Assembly: GCA_029258885.1 (NCBI GenBank)
Contig: JAPDJW010000002.1
Span: forward strand, 384,001-448,000
Length of the DNA: 64,000 nucleotides
Origin: Thermoproteota archaeon
GTDB taxonomy: Archaea; Thermoproteota; Thermoprotei; Thermofilales; B9-G17
Direction: 5' to 3'
The notes beneath the pieces are model-generated. The model had not been told where the DNA came from, did no database searches, and saw nothing but the letters and a program-made list of their open reading frames with translations. The position numbers were made by a program, and so were the translations under genes. Positions within the stretch are counted from its first letter, which is position 1. The number at the start of each line of letters is the position of its first letter. Positions 38,122 through 47,266 of this stretch are shown in pieces.

Positions 38122-38544
38122 CTACCTAAACCTTCTCCTACCTCCTCTGCCTCTACGGAATCCTCTCCTAAATCCAGGTATTCTTTGCTCAGATAGGTTA
38201 TTTTCCTCATTAACTTCCTCAATTTCCTCCTCAGACTTCTCCACAGAGCCCCTACGGCCAACATTAAGCCTAAGGGAATTCCTGAAGACGCTTACATAGC
38301 CGTTCTTAACAACTATAGTGGAGCCCTCATGCTCCCTAACAGTATCTATATTATCATCCCAAAGAGTCATCTTAATAACTCCAGTCTCGTCGCCAACTAA
38401 TGCCTCAGCGACCCTATGCCCCATGCCGTCATGTCTGGATACAACGGTTTTCTCAGAGCCTACCTCTAGCACCTTAACCCTTATATCAAATCCTCGAGAG
38501 GAGGTATTTAGTTCTCTAACCTTAACCAACCTACTTTCTCCCAT
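38122..38544 (-). CDS. ssb: Crenarchaeal-type single-stranded DNA-binding protein (single OB fold, Arg/Gly tail)
   Basis: RVAEALVGDETGVIKMTLWD, NGYVSVFRNSLRLNVGRRG, tail RRGFRRGRGGRRRFR; start placed at ATG 38544. Confidence 0.92.
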   Translation of the reverse strand: MGESRLVKVRELNTSSRGFDIRVKVLEVGSEKTVVSRHDGMGHRVAEALVGDETGVIKMTLWDDNIDTVREHEGSTIVVKNGYVSVFRNSLRLNVGRRGSVEKSEEEIEEVNEENNLSEQRIPGFRRGFRRGRGGRRRFR

Positions 38545-39677
38545 CCTAATCACTTGGCTAATGCAGGACATAAGGCGGGCAACACATATTAATACTTTTC
38601 TATTCACGAAGCTATTTGATAATTAATTCACAAGAAATACACCATATTGATGCAGAACGTTAACCCACTTACGTACACATAATAAAAACTAATTACCATG
38701 ATAGCTTCTATCATATAGGGAAAAGAAATGTACTTTCCATTGAATGGTGTAGGCAGATGTGCAGCATGATAGATGTCAAGTTGAAGTAGATGTTTCTCCA
38801 CTTGAAAACATGTTAAAGATAATTAATTATCTTAAAAAACGTGAGCGCATTAAATTCTCTCAGCTAAAGGAACTCCTTAATAGTAGAGCCTATAGATACA
38901 TGCTTTTCACTCCCTTCCTAATAATGATGATAATTGCCGGCTTCCTATGGTCGTGTCTCCACTACATCGAAACTACGCCATTTAGTAGGAAATTCTCCCT
39001 CTCCCTTAAACTTACCAGTACGCTGGGAGTATGCGGTCCCATAAAGATGTGTATTATATATGTAATATTCATTGTCATCGGCATATTCATCTTCATAACT
39101 TCCATACCATTCTCAACAGCGGAACTATTCTACTCCCTCTTCAGAAGCTCACCTTCTACACGTTTATAGTCTTCATAATACCAAGCATCTCCGGCCTAAT
39201 CGAAGCACACATATACTATAGGCACGGATACCATATGAAAAACTATTCCTAGGCCTCATATTAAAGAACACAATTATACTAATCTTCATACTCATCCACG
39301 GATTAATGTTTAAGATAAATCTAATAAGCTACCTTAACTCACAAAACATACTATATATAGCATGGAGCTTCATATTTTCAGGCCTACACTTCCCGGAATC
39401 TATACCGATCAGCAAAAAGATAAAAGCTATCTCTAATAGCAGCTAAAAAGATAGAACTAACGTAATTTCCAAATCTTAGTGTGGAGCATCTATGTACCTA
39501 TATGGTACACTACTATATGGCTAGGTACACAAACTCATCTACATCCATCCGCCGAAAGGATACATATTATATACCGCACAAAGCCTCAACGTAAACACAA
39601 GAATAAATTAATGAATAGAAGCAAAAGCCTAACAGCAACCACAGAACCGAAAGCCTTTTATAGTATTTTATAATTAA

Positions 39678-39705
39678 AAGTCTCAGACTTTAAAGTCTGA
39701 GACTT
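39678..39705. promoter_or_regulatory. Perfect 28-bp palindrome built from two AAGTCTnAGACTT units; candidate operator
   Basis: AAGTCTCAGACTTTAAAGTCTGAGACTT, ending 6 bp before ATG 39712. Confidence 0.6.
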
Positions 39706-39711
39706 GAGAGT

Positions 39712-41103
39712 ATGAAATTCATAAATCGAGAGATCGAACTTGAAGTCCTGGAGGAAGCTTGTAGAAGCGGAAAGGCGGAGCTAGTTATAATCTACGGTAG
39801 AAGGAGGATAGGTAAAACAACCCTACTTTCGGTTTTTGCTAAACATAGAAACGCCATATATCTTATAGTAAACTTTGATGAACGTGAACCAGCTCTAAGG
39901 GATTTAACGTCACAATTTCTAGACCAAGTAAAACTGCCATATACACCGTTAATTCAGTCTTTTTCAGACCTATACCTACTCTTTAATCAAGTTAATGCAT
40001 CAATCATTATAATAGATGAATTTCAAAGGCTACACAACACGGGCGGCGTAACAGAGCTACAGCATATCTGGGACCGGCATCTATCTAAAGGCCATAAGAT
40101 AATCATCCTATGCGGATCATCCGTAGGAATGATGGAGAGGATAGGCTTATCCTATGAATCGCCGCTCTACGGTAGAGCAACCAGAGTACTAAAGATAAAG
40201 GAGCTAGACTACGGAGCAGCTAGAAGCTTCGTGGAAAAATACGGTGAAGAGGATAAAGTTAGAACATACGCAGTTTTCGGGGGGACGCCTGGCTACCTTG
40301 CACTGATAGACGATGAAAAATCCCTGCTCCAGAACATTAAAAACCTAATACTGGATCCAGGCGCAACACTGAGAGAGGAACCGCTAACTCTACTATCCAT
40401 GGAACTCAGGGAGCCCACCAGATACATACAGGTTCTTGAGGCAATAGCCCAGGGAGCAACAAAGCTAGGGGAAATAGCCAGCAAAACGGGCTTCAAGACA
40501 AGCGACATAGCCAAATACATCCGAATACTAGAGAAAGAGCTGGATCTCATAGAGAGAAAATACCCGATACTGGAGGAGGGAAAGAGGGGGAAAGCTAGAT
40601 ACTACCTTAAAAACAACTTCTTCAAATTCTGGTTCAGCTACATATTCCCCCATATAAACCTGCTGGAATTCGGTCTACAGGATAGAGTACTCGACATAAT
40701 CGAGAGGAATATAGACATCTATACATCAAAAGTATTCGAGGATATAGCGCTACAACACTTCATAAGCCTCTCACATGAAGGAGCCTTCGAATTCACAAAA
40801 ATAGGGAAATGGTGGCAAAAGGACATAGAAATAGATATAGTGGCAATAGACGAGAAAAAACTAAATACATACTTCATAGAAGTAAAGTGGACTAAAAAGC
40901 CCGTAGACAAGAGGGAGCTATACAAGCTAATATCAAAAGCCCAGGAATTTCCATGGATGAGGGATAGGAGAAGGGAAACATACGTAATGTATTCAAAAGC
41001 TGGATACACGTTCGAAAAGGAGGAAAACATATACACGTTTACGTTAAAAGATATTCAAACCCATTTCAGCAAGAATAAACCTAAAATAAAGGTTATAAAC
41101 TAG
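39712..41103 (+). CDS. Archaeal AAA ATPase with wHTH and C-terminal DUF234 (PD-(D/E)xK-like) domain
   Basis: FINREIEL, YGRRRIGKT, IIDEFQ, LCGSS, PLYGR, FGGTPGYL, GKWW..DIEIDIVA..IEVKW. Confidence 0.92.
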   Translation: MKFINREIELEVLEEACRSGKAELVIIYGRRRIGKTTLLSVFAKHRNAIYLIVNFDEREPALRDLTSQFLDQVKLPYTPLIQSFSDLYLLFNQVNASIIIIDEFQRLHNTGGVTELQHIWDRHLSKGHKIIILCGSSVGMMERIGLSYESPLYGRATRVLKIKELDYGAARSFVEKYGEEDKVRTYAVFGGTPGYLALIDDEKSLLQNIKNLILDPGATLREEPLTLLSMELREPTRYIQVLEAIAQGATKLGEIASKTGFKTSDIAKYIRILEKELDLIERKYPILEEGKRGKARYYLKNNFFKFWFSYIFPHINLLEFGLQDRVLDIIERNIDIYTSKVFEDIALQHFISLSHEGAFEFTKIGKWWQKDIEIDIVAIDEKKLNTYFIEVKWTKKPVDKRELYKLISKAQEFPWMRDRRRETYVMYSKAGYTFEKEENIYTFTLKDIQTHFSKNKPKIKVIN

Positions 41104-41139
41104 GAGGCATTTAGGATTTTGCAAATAACTAAACTCCTA

Positions 41140-41440
41140 AAAGATTACTTAACAGCAATGCTACTCGATACAGCACGTAAATCGTCCTCATCCAATACAA
41201 CCCCTAAAACCATTCACAATTCTATAGCACGCTCTTTATCAACCTCAACACGATAGGTCAAAAGCCAGCATTAACCAGCTTACGTAAATGCGCAATAAGC
41301 AGAGGCTTCGAAATACCAAGACTCTCCCTAAGCTCTCTCCTCAGCCAAATCTCCAGACACTAAACTACTCCCTCAGCTCCTCAATATCCTAAAGTCTAGG
41401 ATAGCTTCAAGGAGTATATTTTCGGAGAGACTTAAACACC
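41140..41440 (-). pseudogene. Remnant of an ArsR-like HTH regulator
   Basis: Fragments VFKSL.. / LGISKPLLIAHLRKLVNAGF / YRVEVDKERA in different frames, with stops. Confidence 0.5.
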
Positions 41441-41524
41441 CCTATCAGCGGATTACCGCTGATAAAATACCCTTTTCATTCTCCTCTACTACCTATTCTA
41501 CTGCATATGGTGTTTAAGTCTCTC
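41425..41524. repeat. 100-bp segment bounded by 16-bp perfect inverted repeats with an internal 9-bp hairpin (MITE-like)
   Basis: GAGAGACTTAAACACC (41425-41440) and GGTGTTTAAGTCTCTC (41509-41524); TATCAGCGG-ATTA-CCGCTGATA (41443-41464). Confidence 0.7.
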
Positions 41525-41578
41525 TATATGAGAATGCGAATTTGGATGAGGTATTAGGTTAAAAATAATCTGGGGATT

Positions 41579-42514
41579 TTATTTGAAGTATTCTTGGATT
41601 GGAGGTACTACTTGCTTCTTCCTCGACATTAATCCCTTAATGTAGTATGCGTTTTCTCCTCTCGGCTCAAGCTCATATACTCTACCGAATATTTCCTTGA
41701 ATAGCTCCGGCTTTTCGGAGACGTAGAGGAGTAGGCTCCCCCTATTAATTATGTCAGTGAGCATCATTATGAGCAATCCATAGTTTCTCTCGGAGGCCAG
41801 CGTCTTCATCTCCCTAAGTATTTCATTGCGTTTAGCTTCAACCTCGCTTAAATCAACTGTTTCAACCTGCCCTATACCCACCTTAACTCCGCCGAAAATG
41901 TACTCCTTGAAGTCGGTTAAAATTATCTCCCTAGGGGTCTTCTCAGCTATCCTAGACTTAGCCTTAAACATATCTATTCCAAGCTTCTCCAGATCCTTTA
42001 GGCCAGCTATCTCAGCAAGCCTATGAGCTACCTCCTTATCCTCCTCAGTACATGTAGGGGATCTGAATATAACGGTATCTGATAGTATGGCTGAAACCAT
42101 GAGCTTCGCCAGGTCGGCTGGTATCTCGAATTCCCTATTAAAGAAGAACTTAGCGATAATAGTTGTAGTTGAGCCTATGGGCTCAATGTGGACGAAGATA
42201 GGCTTGGCTGTGACGAAGCCCCCCAACCTATGGTGATCTATAATTTCAAGTATCTCGGCTTCATCGTAGCCATCGACCATCTGGCTTGCCTCGTTATGGT
42301 CAACTAAGATAAGCTTTTTACCCCTTGCATTCTCAAGCAACATGGGAGGCTCTGCCCCAAACTTCTCAAAGACAAACTTTGTCTCAGGATTAAGTTCACC
42401 AGCCCTAGCTGCTACAGCATCTAGTCCAAGCCTTTTCTTAAACTCAGCGTAAGCCATAGCCGAGACAATAGTATCAGTATCAGGTTTCTTATGGCCGATG
42501 ACATATACGAGCAT
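41579..42514 (-). CDS. ppaC: Manganese-dependent (family II, DHH) inorganic pyrophosphatase
   Basis: GHKKPDTD, LVDHNE, IIDHH, SDTVIFRSPT, SRKKQVVP. Confidence 0.96.
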   Translation of the reverse strand: MLVYVIGHKKPDTDTIVSAMAYAEFKKRLGLDAVAARAGELNPETKFVFEKFGAEPPMLLENARGKKLILVDHNEASQMVDGYDEAEILEIIDHHRLGGFVTAKPIFVHIEPIGSTTTIIAKFFFNREFEIPADLAKLMVSAILSDTVIFRSPTCTEEDKEVAHRLAEIAGLKDLEKLGIDMFKAKSRIAEKTPREIILTDFKEYIFGGVKVGIGQVETVDLSEVEAKRNEILREMKTLASERNYGLLIMMLTDIINRGSLLLYVSEKPELFKEIFGRVYELEPRGENAYYIKGLMSRKKQVVPPIQEYFK

Positions 42515-42523
42515 AAAGGTCAC

Positions 42524-42884
42524 CTAGAAAAAATGGGAATAACTGATATTTTTATTATTCGGGCGGTGGAGCCGGATACTCGGCTCAACGACTACAGCTG
42601 TTCCGAAGGCTGTAACAACAATGAATCCCTCAATTATCTCAAAGTCTACTCCAACTATAGCGTTTGCGCCCATATTCATAGCCCTATTCCTAAGGTCATT
42701 TAAAGCTTCATCCCTAGCTTTCTTAAGCTCCTCGAGATACGCCTTTCCTCTACCGCCCACTAACGCCTCTACTCCAGCTAGAATCTTCCCCTAAACCTCT
42801 AGTCCTAATGCTCATGCCATAAACAATTCCCAGAACTTTAACTATCCTGTAACCCGGAATGTTTGGAGTAGTTGCTACGATTAT
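42524..42884 (-). pseudogene. UPF0145/YbjQ-family protein, frameshifted
   Basis: N-half IVATTPNIPGYRIVKVLGIVYG..RTRGLG is out of frame, at the G4 run (42788-42791), with ILAGVEALVGG..AR..A...GANAIVGVDF; no clear start codon. Confidence 0.8.
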
Positions 42885-43442
42885 CGATGGCTATATAATG
42901 CGTTCGCAAAATTTTAACGGAAGCATGTATAAATTATCTTTAGAAAGTAAGAGCTGAAATTCACATTTAATAACTATATTTTTAAATCAAAATGAACATC
43001 TTTTAGCTTAACTCGAAGATTTGATGATGATGAATAGCATATTTCATTTTACTAGGCTACACGGTTGGCGTGTATACGTCAGCTATTTGTAATCGAAAAA
43101 CTTAAAAATATTTGAAAAGAAACAGTTATATTGAATATATTAAGCATTAAAATAGATGCAATGGAACAATAATTTTTAAAACATATTTTTCAGCCTAAAA
43201 TTACTGTATTATAATAAATTAAAAATGTTAAAAATGCTTTAAATTACTTTATGGGGAAAATTTTCATGGAATAATCTGCTCATAATTCAATTCCTTAGCC
43301 TTAAAATTCTAATATTTCTCTTTTTAAAATTAAAGAGTATAGCTGAAATTGGGCTTTTTCGAGTAAAAAGGCTTATTAACATGGTATTTAGAGGGATAAA
43401 GACCGAGAGTTAAATATCTGGTTAGGATAGGGGAGGTATGGG

Positions 43443-44609
43443 GTGAAGAAGGAAGACTCGAGTAAACTTTTGCTCATAAACAACTTCATACAGAGTTTTA
43501 GGTGGAGTATAGTCAGCCCCTTTATGCCGCTATTCTATTATTCTCTTGCTGGCAGCTTTGCAGTACTGAATATAGTGAACTATTCATCCTCAATTATAGC
43601 TTCAATATTCGCCATAATATGGGCTAGAATATCCGATAGCTATGGAAGGAGGAAGCCGTTCATCATTTTATCGTATATAACGGGCATAGCTACAACCTAC
43701 ATGCTTGCACACATTAACACGATATATGAACTGCTCATACTGAAAATTGCTGGAAGCATTATTGGAAGTGCTGGCGGCTCATCCTTCTCAGCTCTGCTTG
43801 CAAAGAAGTTTAAGAATAATAGAGGCAAGGTCTTGGGTACGTATAATGCGTTGGGCATAGCTGGAGGAATAATAGGAAACCTGATCTCAGGCTATATCTA
43901 CGAGAACTACGGCATACGCGCCACGCTAGAGTACATATCATACTCAACCGTAATACCTCTGGCTATAGTCCTCCTAATAGATGAGGAGCCTGAGGAGAGG
44001 AAGCCTTTAGATATTAAATCTATGTTTAAGCCGCCTAAGATCCCCAAGAGCTTCATTAAATACTATCTGTATCACCTCTACGTATGCGGTAAGGGGGCTG
44101 TTACGGGCGGAATCTACGCAATATACTTTATAAACTATCTAGGCGGCTCTCCGCAGGAGTGGGCTATGGTAGTAACCTTAACCTCCCTCCTCTCCCTATC
44201 TTCCCCATTCTTCGGAAGCCTCATCGATAAATACGGCGTAAAATTTGCCTATTACTATTCGGCTATCGGCTGGATACTCCTCGACATAGGCTATATTCTA
44301 GCGAACGACCCCGTAACATTTGCTATAATATTTGTGCTACCAATAAGCGCTGCGTATTGGGTAGCATACAATAAAATTATATTTGATGCAAGCGATAAGT
44401 CTGAGAGAGCATCGTTCTTCAGCTATCTAGGATTAATTTCATCACTCTCCTCAATGGCCATAGGAGTGACTGCTGGCTACATAGCCGATATGTTCGATCC
44501 AAGATCTCTGCTAATTATCTCCGCAATATTATCGGTAACAGGGCTTATCCCACTAAAAATACTGTTCAGGGACGAAGATTTACGTCGCCAGCTATGCTCG
44601 ATAAAATAA
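43443..44609 (+). CDS. Major facilitator superfamily transporter
   Basis: Motif A WARISDSYGRRKP; second-half GSLIDKYGVK; about 12 hydrophobic segments. Confidence 0.92.
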   Translation: MKKEDSSKLLLINNFIQSFRWSIVSPFMPLFYYSLAGSFAVLNIVNYSSSIIASIFAIIWARISDSYGRRKPFIILSYITGIATTYMLAHINTIYELLILKIAGSIIGSAGGSSFSALLAKKFKNNRGKVLGTYNALGIAGGIIGNLISGYIYENYGIRATLEYISYSTVIPLAIVLLIDEEPEERKPLDIKSMFKPPKIPKSFIKYYLYHLYVCGKGAVTGGIYAIYFINYLGGSPQEWAMVVTLTSLLSLSSPFFGSLIDKYGVKFAYYYSAIGWILLDIGYILANDPVTFAIIFVLPISAAYWVAYNKIIFDASDKSERASFFSYLGLISSLSSMAIGVTAGYIADMFDPRSLLIISAILSVTGLIPLKILFRDEDLRRQLCSIK

Positions 44610-44685
44610 CCTAAATTTTTAATTTTTCTAAATAGTATAGTAAGATTAATATTATATTGTCTTACCTATTAATATTGGTTTTACG

Positions 44686-44928
44686 ATGATGCCAAGGAAA
44701 GATTTTATTGTTAAGGTAAGCAGTAAGGGACAGATAGTAATACCAGTTGAGATTAGGAGGCGTTTTAATATTAAGGATAAGGTACTAGTTAGGGTAGAGG
44801 GTAATGAAATAAAAATAATACCTATTATACCGCTTGAAGACCTCTTTGGCGTCGATGGAGATGCTATGAGGGATGTTGCGAGGGAGATAGTTGAGGAGAG
44901 GAGGGCTGAGCTAAGACTTGAGCAGTAA
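44686..44928 (+). CDS. AbrB/MazE/SpoVT-family antitoxin
   Basis: VKVSSKGQIVIPVEIRRRFNIKDKV. Confidence 0.93.
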   Translation: MMPRKDFIVKVSSKGQIVIPVEIRRRFNIKDKVLVRVEGNEIKIIPIIPLEDLFGVDGDAMRDVAREIVEERRAELRLEQ

Positions 44929-45316
44929 ATATGTTGTAGATGCTGGAGCATTAGCCCTATATTTCTCAGGAGACAAGAGAATCAAGAAATATTTCGATAA
45001 TATATTTCGAGGCTATGCTATCGGTTATCTATGCGAGATTAATCTTGCAGAATTCTACTATAAGACAGCGGAGAAGCTTGGAGAAGAGGTAGCTAAGCTA
45101 AGATATATTTCGATAAGAAATTCCAGCATAAGGCAAATTGCTGCTGGAGGCGATTTAACGATAGAAGCTGCTAGAATAAAGCTTAGATACCGTAGGAGAA
45201 TATCGCTAGCTGATGCCTACTTGATAGCCCTCGCGCGCATGGTTAACGGCGTAATTCTTACGACGGATAAGACTGTAAAGGAAGTATATGGAAAATGCAT
45301 ATATTTTGAGGTTTAG
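44918..45316 (+). CDS. vapC: PIN-domain VapC toxin
   Basis: YVVDAG, INLAEF, SLADAY, LTTD: all four acidic positions present. Confidence 0.92.
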   Translation: MSSKYVVDAGALALYFSGDKRIKKYFDNIFRGYAIGYLCEINLAEFYYKTAEKLGEEVAKLRYISIRNSSIRQIAAGGDLTIEAARIKLRYRRRISLADAYLIALARMVNGVILTTDKTVKEVYGKCIYFEV

Positions 45317-47061
45317 GAGTATCCTATTAGCGCATAATATATTTCCTTCGCCTTAATGTTTGCCTCCCTTATTCTCCGTCTATTGACCTTATTTTTACGA
45401 TCATAGGTTAGTAGCCCATTAAGTTCTCCTTCAACATCGTAGAGCTGTGTATAGCAGTAGCCAGCTATACCCTTAAGTTTAGCAATATTAATTACAGCTT
45501 TTTCATAGTTTTCCAATAGATCATCTACGTTATCGAACCCATCTCCATAGTAGCATACCGGACGCCTAATTATAGGCTTCTGCCCCTTTAATCCCCATCC
45601 ACCAAACTCGCTTAAGACTATAGGTTTACTGGTATAGTCTATTTTTGAGGCAAATATTCTCCCATATTTAATCAGGAATTCCCTTGTTTCGTAGGCTTCG
45701 TTCCAGCTTTTCCTAAACTCTTCCGGGCTGACATCGACGGCTATGCTATAGTCGTGTATATCGAGTATATCAGTAACTACGTGGGCATATCCGCTGGTGT
45801 CAACTACGGGTCTAGTTGGATCAAGCCTCTTAGTCCTCCAGTATATTTCACTTATAAAGAACATAGCATAGGGGTCGCTCCTAGCCTCGCTCCTCTCGTT
45901 AAATGGAACCCAAGCTATAATACATGGATGATTGTAGTCCCTCAGAATAATATTCCTCCACTGACTCCAGAAGACCTCGAGATTCTCTCTCTTTAAACTC
46001 ATGCCCCAATCAGCCATTTCAAGCCATACAAGTACTCCAAGCTTATCGGCAAAATAGAGGTATCTAGGATCGGGAGGTTTCTGATGGGCTCTAACGCCAT
46101 TAAATCCCATATCAAGTAGCGCCTTTAAATCCTCCTCAAACCTCTCCACGCTTGATGGAACATATATGCCATCTGGATAATATCCCTGATCCAGGGCAAA
46201 CTGCAGAAACACCGGTTTACCGTTAAGAAGTATTTTATTCCCGCTTACCTCAATTCTACGGAAGCCTACGTAGGAATATATCCTATCAACCTCCTCTCCT
46301 GACTCCTCGTCCACTAGAATCAAGGATAAGTCGTATAGTACCGGATTATCAGGAGACCAAGGCTCAACACCATCAACTTTAAGCATTACTGTCATCTCCT
46401 TGGAGGCAACCATCTCCGAGCTAGCTAAAACCTCGCCGTTTCTTGAGACCTCAACCCTAAGCTTAAGCTTATCGATGAGTCCATCGAGGAAAGCCTTCAA
46501 CGTAATACTTCCATCGATATCAGCATTAACCGTAAAATGGTCTACGTAGCCCCTACCTGTAAACTCGATCCATACGGGCTGCCATATTCCAGTAACCCTA
46601 CTGTAAAGAACTCCCCTAGGATAAAGCCTACTATCCTGCTTGCCCCTAGGCTGATCTCCGTGCCTATCGACGACCCTAACTACAAGCACGTTATCCTCAG
46701 ACACGAGACCCGTTAAATCGAAACTGAAGGAATCATATCCACCGACGTGTTCCCCAAGCTTCCTACTGTTAAGCCAAACCGTAGCTTCATAATCAACTGC
46801 TCCGAACTTAAGTATGGGCTTTAAGCTCCTATATTGGCTTGGAATCTTAAACTCCCTAAGATACCACACCACATCATGAAAACAGTTATCACCGATACCG
46901 CTAAGCCTACTCTGAAAAGGATAGGGGACATTTATCTCCAAATCATAGTTATCGGGATTCAGACCGTACTCAACAGGTTCCTCATAATCGTCGAACATAA
47001 ACTTCCATTTACCTTGAAGCTCTAGCCAAAGATTTCTCCTAAAATCAGGCCTAGGATACAT
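45313..47061 (-). CDS. Glycoside hydrolase family 2 (beta-galactosidase/beta-glucuronidase-like)
   Basis: FGAVDY, QPRGKQ, TGIWQPVWIE, ALDQGYYPDG, WVPFNE, LSEFGG, GYCYTQLYDVE. Confidence 0.93.
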   Translation of the reverse strand: MYPRPDFRRNLWLELQGKWKFMFDDYEEPVEYGLNPDNYDLEINVPYPFQSRLSGIGDNCFHDVVWYLREFKIPSQYRSLKPILKFGAVDYEATVWLNSRKLGEHVGGYDSFSFDLTGLVSEDNVLVVRVVDRHGDQPRGKQDSRLYPRGVLYSRVTGIWQPVWIEFTGRGYVDHFTVNADIDGSITLKAFLDGLIDKLKLRVEVSRNGEVLASSEMVASKEMTVMLKVDGVEPWSPDNPVLYDLSLILVDEESGEEVDRIYSYVGFRRIEVSGNKILLNGKPVFLQFALDQGYYPDGIYVPSSVERFEEDLKALLDMGFNGVRAHQKPPDPRYLYFADKLGVLVWLEMADWGMSLKRENLEVFWSQWRNIILRDYNHPCIIAWVPFNERSEARSDPYAMFFISEIYWRTKRLDPTRPVVDTSGYAHVVTDILDIHDYSIAVDVSPEEFRKSWNEAYETREFLIKYGRIFASKIDYTSKPIVLSEFGGWGLKGQKPIIRRPVCYYGDGFDNVDDLLENYEKAVINIAKLKGIAGYCYTQLYDVEGELNGLLTYDRKNKVNRRRIREANIKAKEIYYALIGYS

Positions 47062-47266
47062 GTATTCTAGAATGACGTGATAATGTTAAATACTTTTCGT
47101 ATAAAAACGCGGATCAGCTAAAATCATTTAAAATATGGCTTAATCGGGTAAAATTGATGAAACCACTTCTTATAATCTGTTTAGCGGTACTCCATTCCGG
47201 GTAGAATCTCGCAAAAAAGAGTTATGCTTATTATAACTAAAAATTAATGAGTAGCTAGGTGGAAAC

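Noticed and set aside
38759-39252. Plus-strand ORFs 38759-39169 and 39031-39252 as real membrane proteins
   Set aside because: Atypical composition, mutually overlapping and without motifs; better explained as the antisense of a decayed minus-strand gene.
39678-39705. dif/Xer recombination site (28 bp, 11-6-11 layout)
   Set aside because: The arms lack the ATAA/TTAT inner motif of dif sites, and the spacer is itself palindromic, which would remove directionality.
41425-41524. Autonomous insertion sequence
   Set aside because: Too short, with no transposase ORF anywhere in the window; kept only as a MITE-like candidate.
42890-43440. C/D-box sRNA in the long AT-rich intergenic region (TGATGATGA at about 43022)
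   Set aside because: No CTGA D box at a suitable distance; only a weak 6-bp hairpin.
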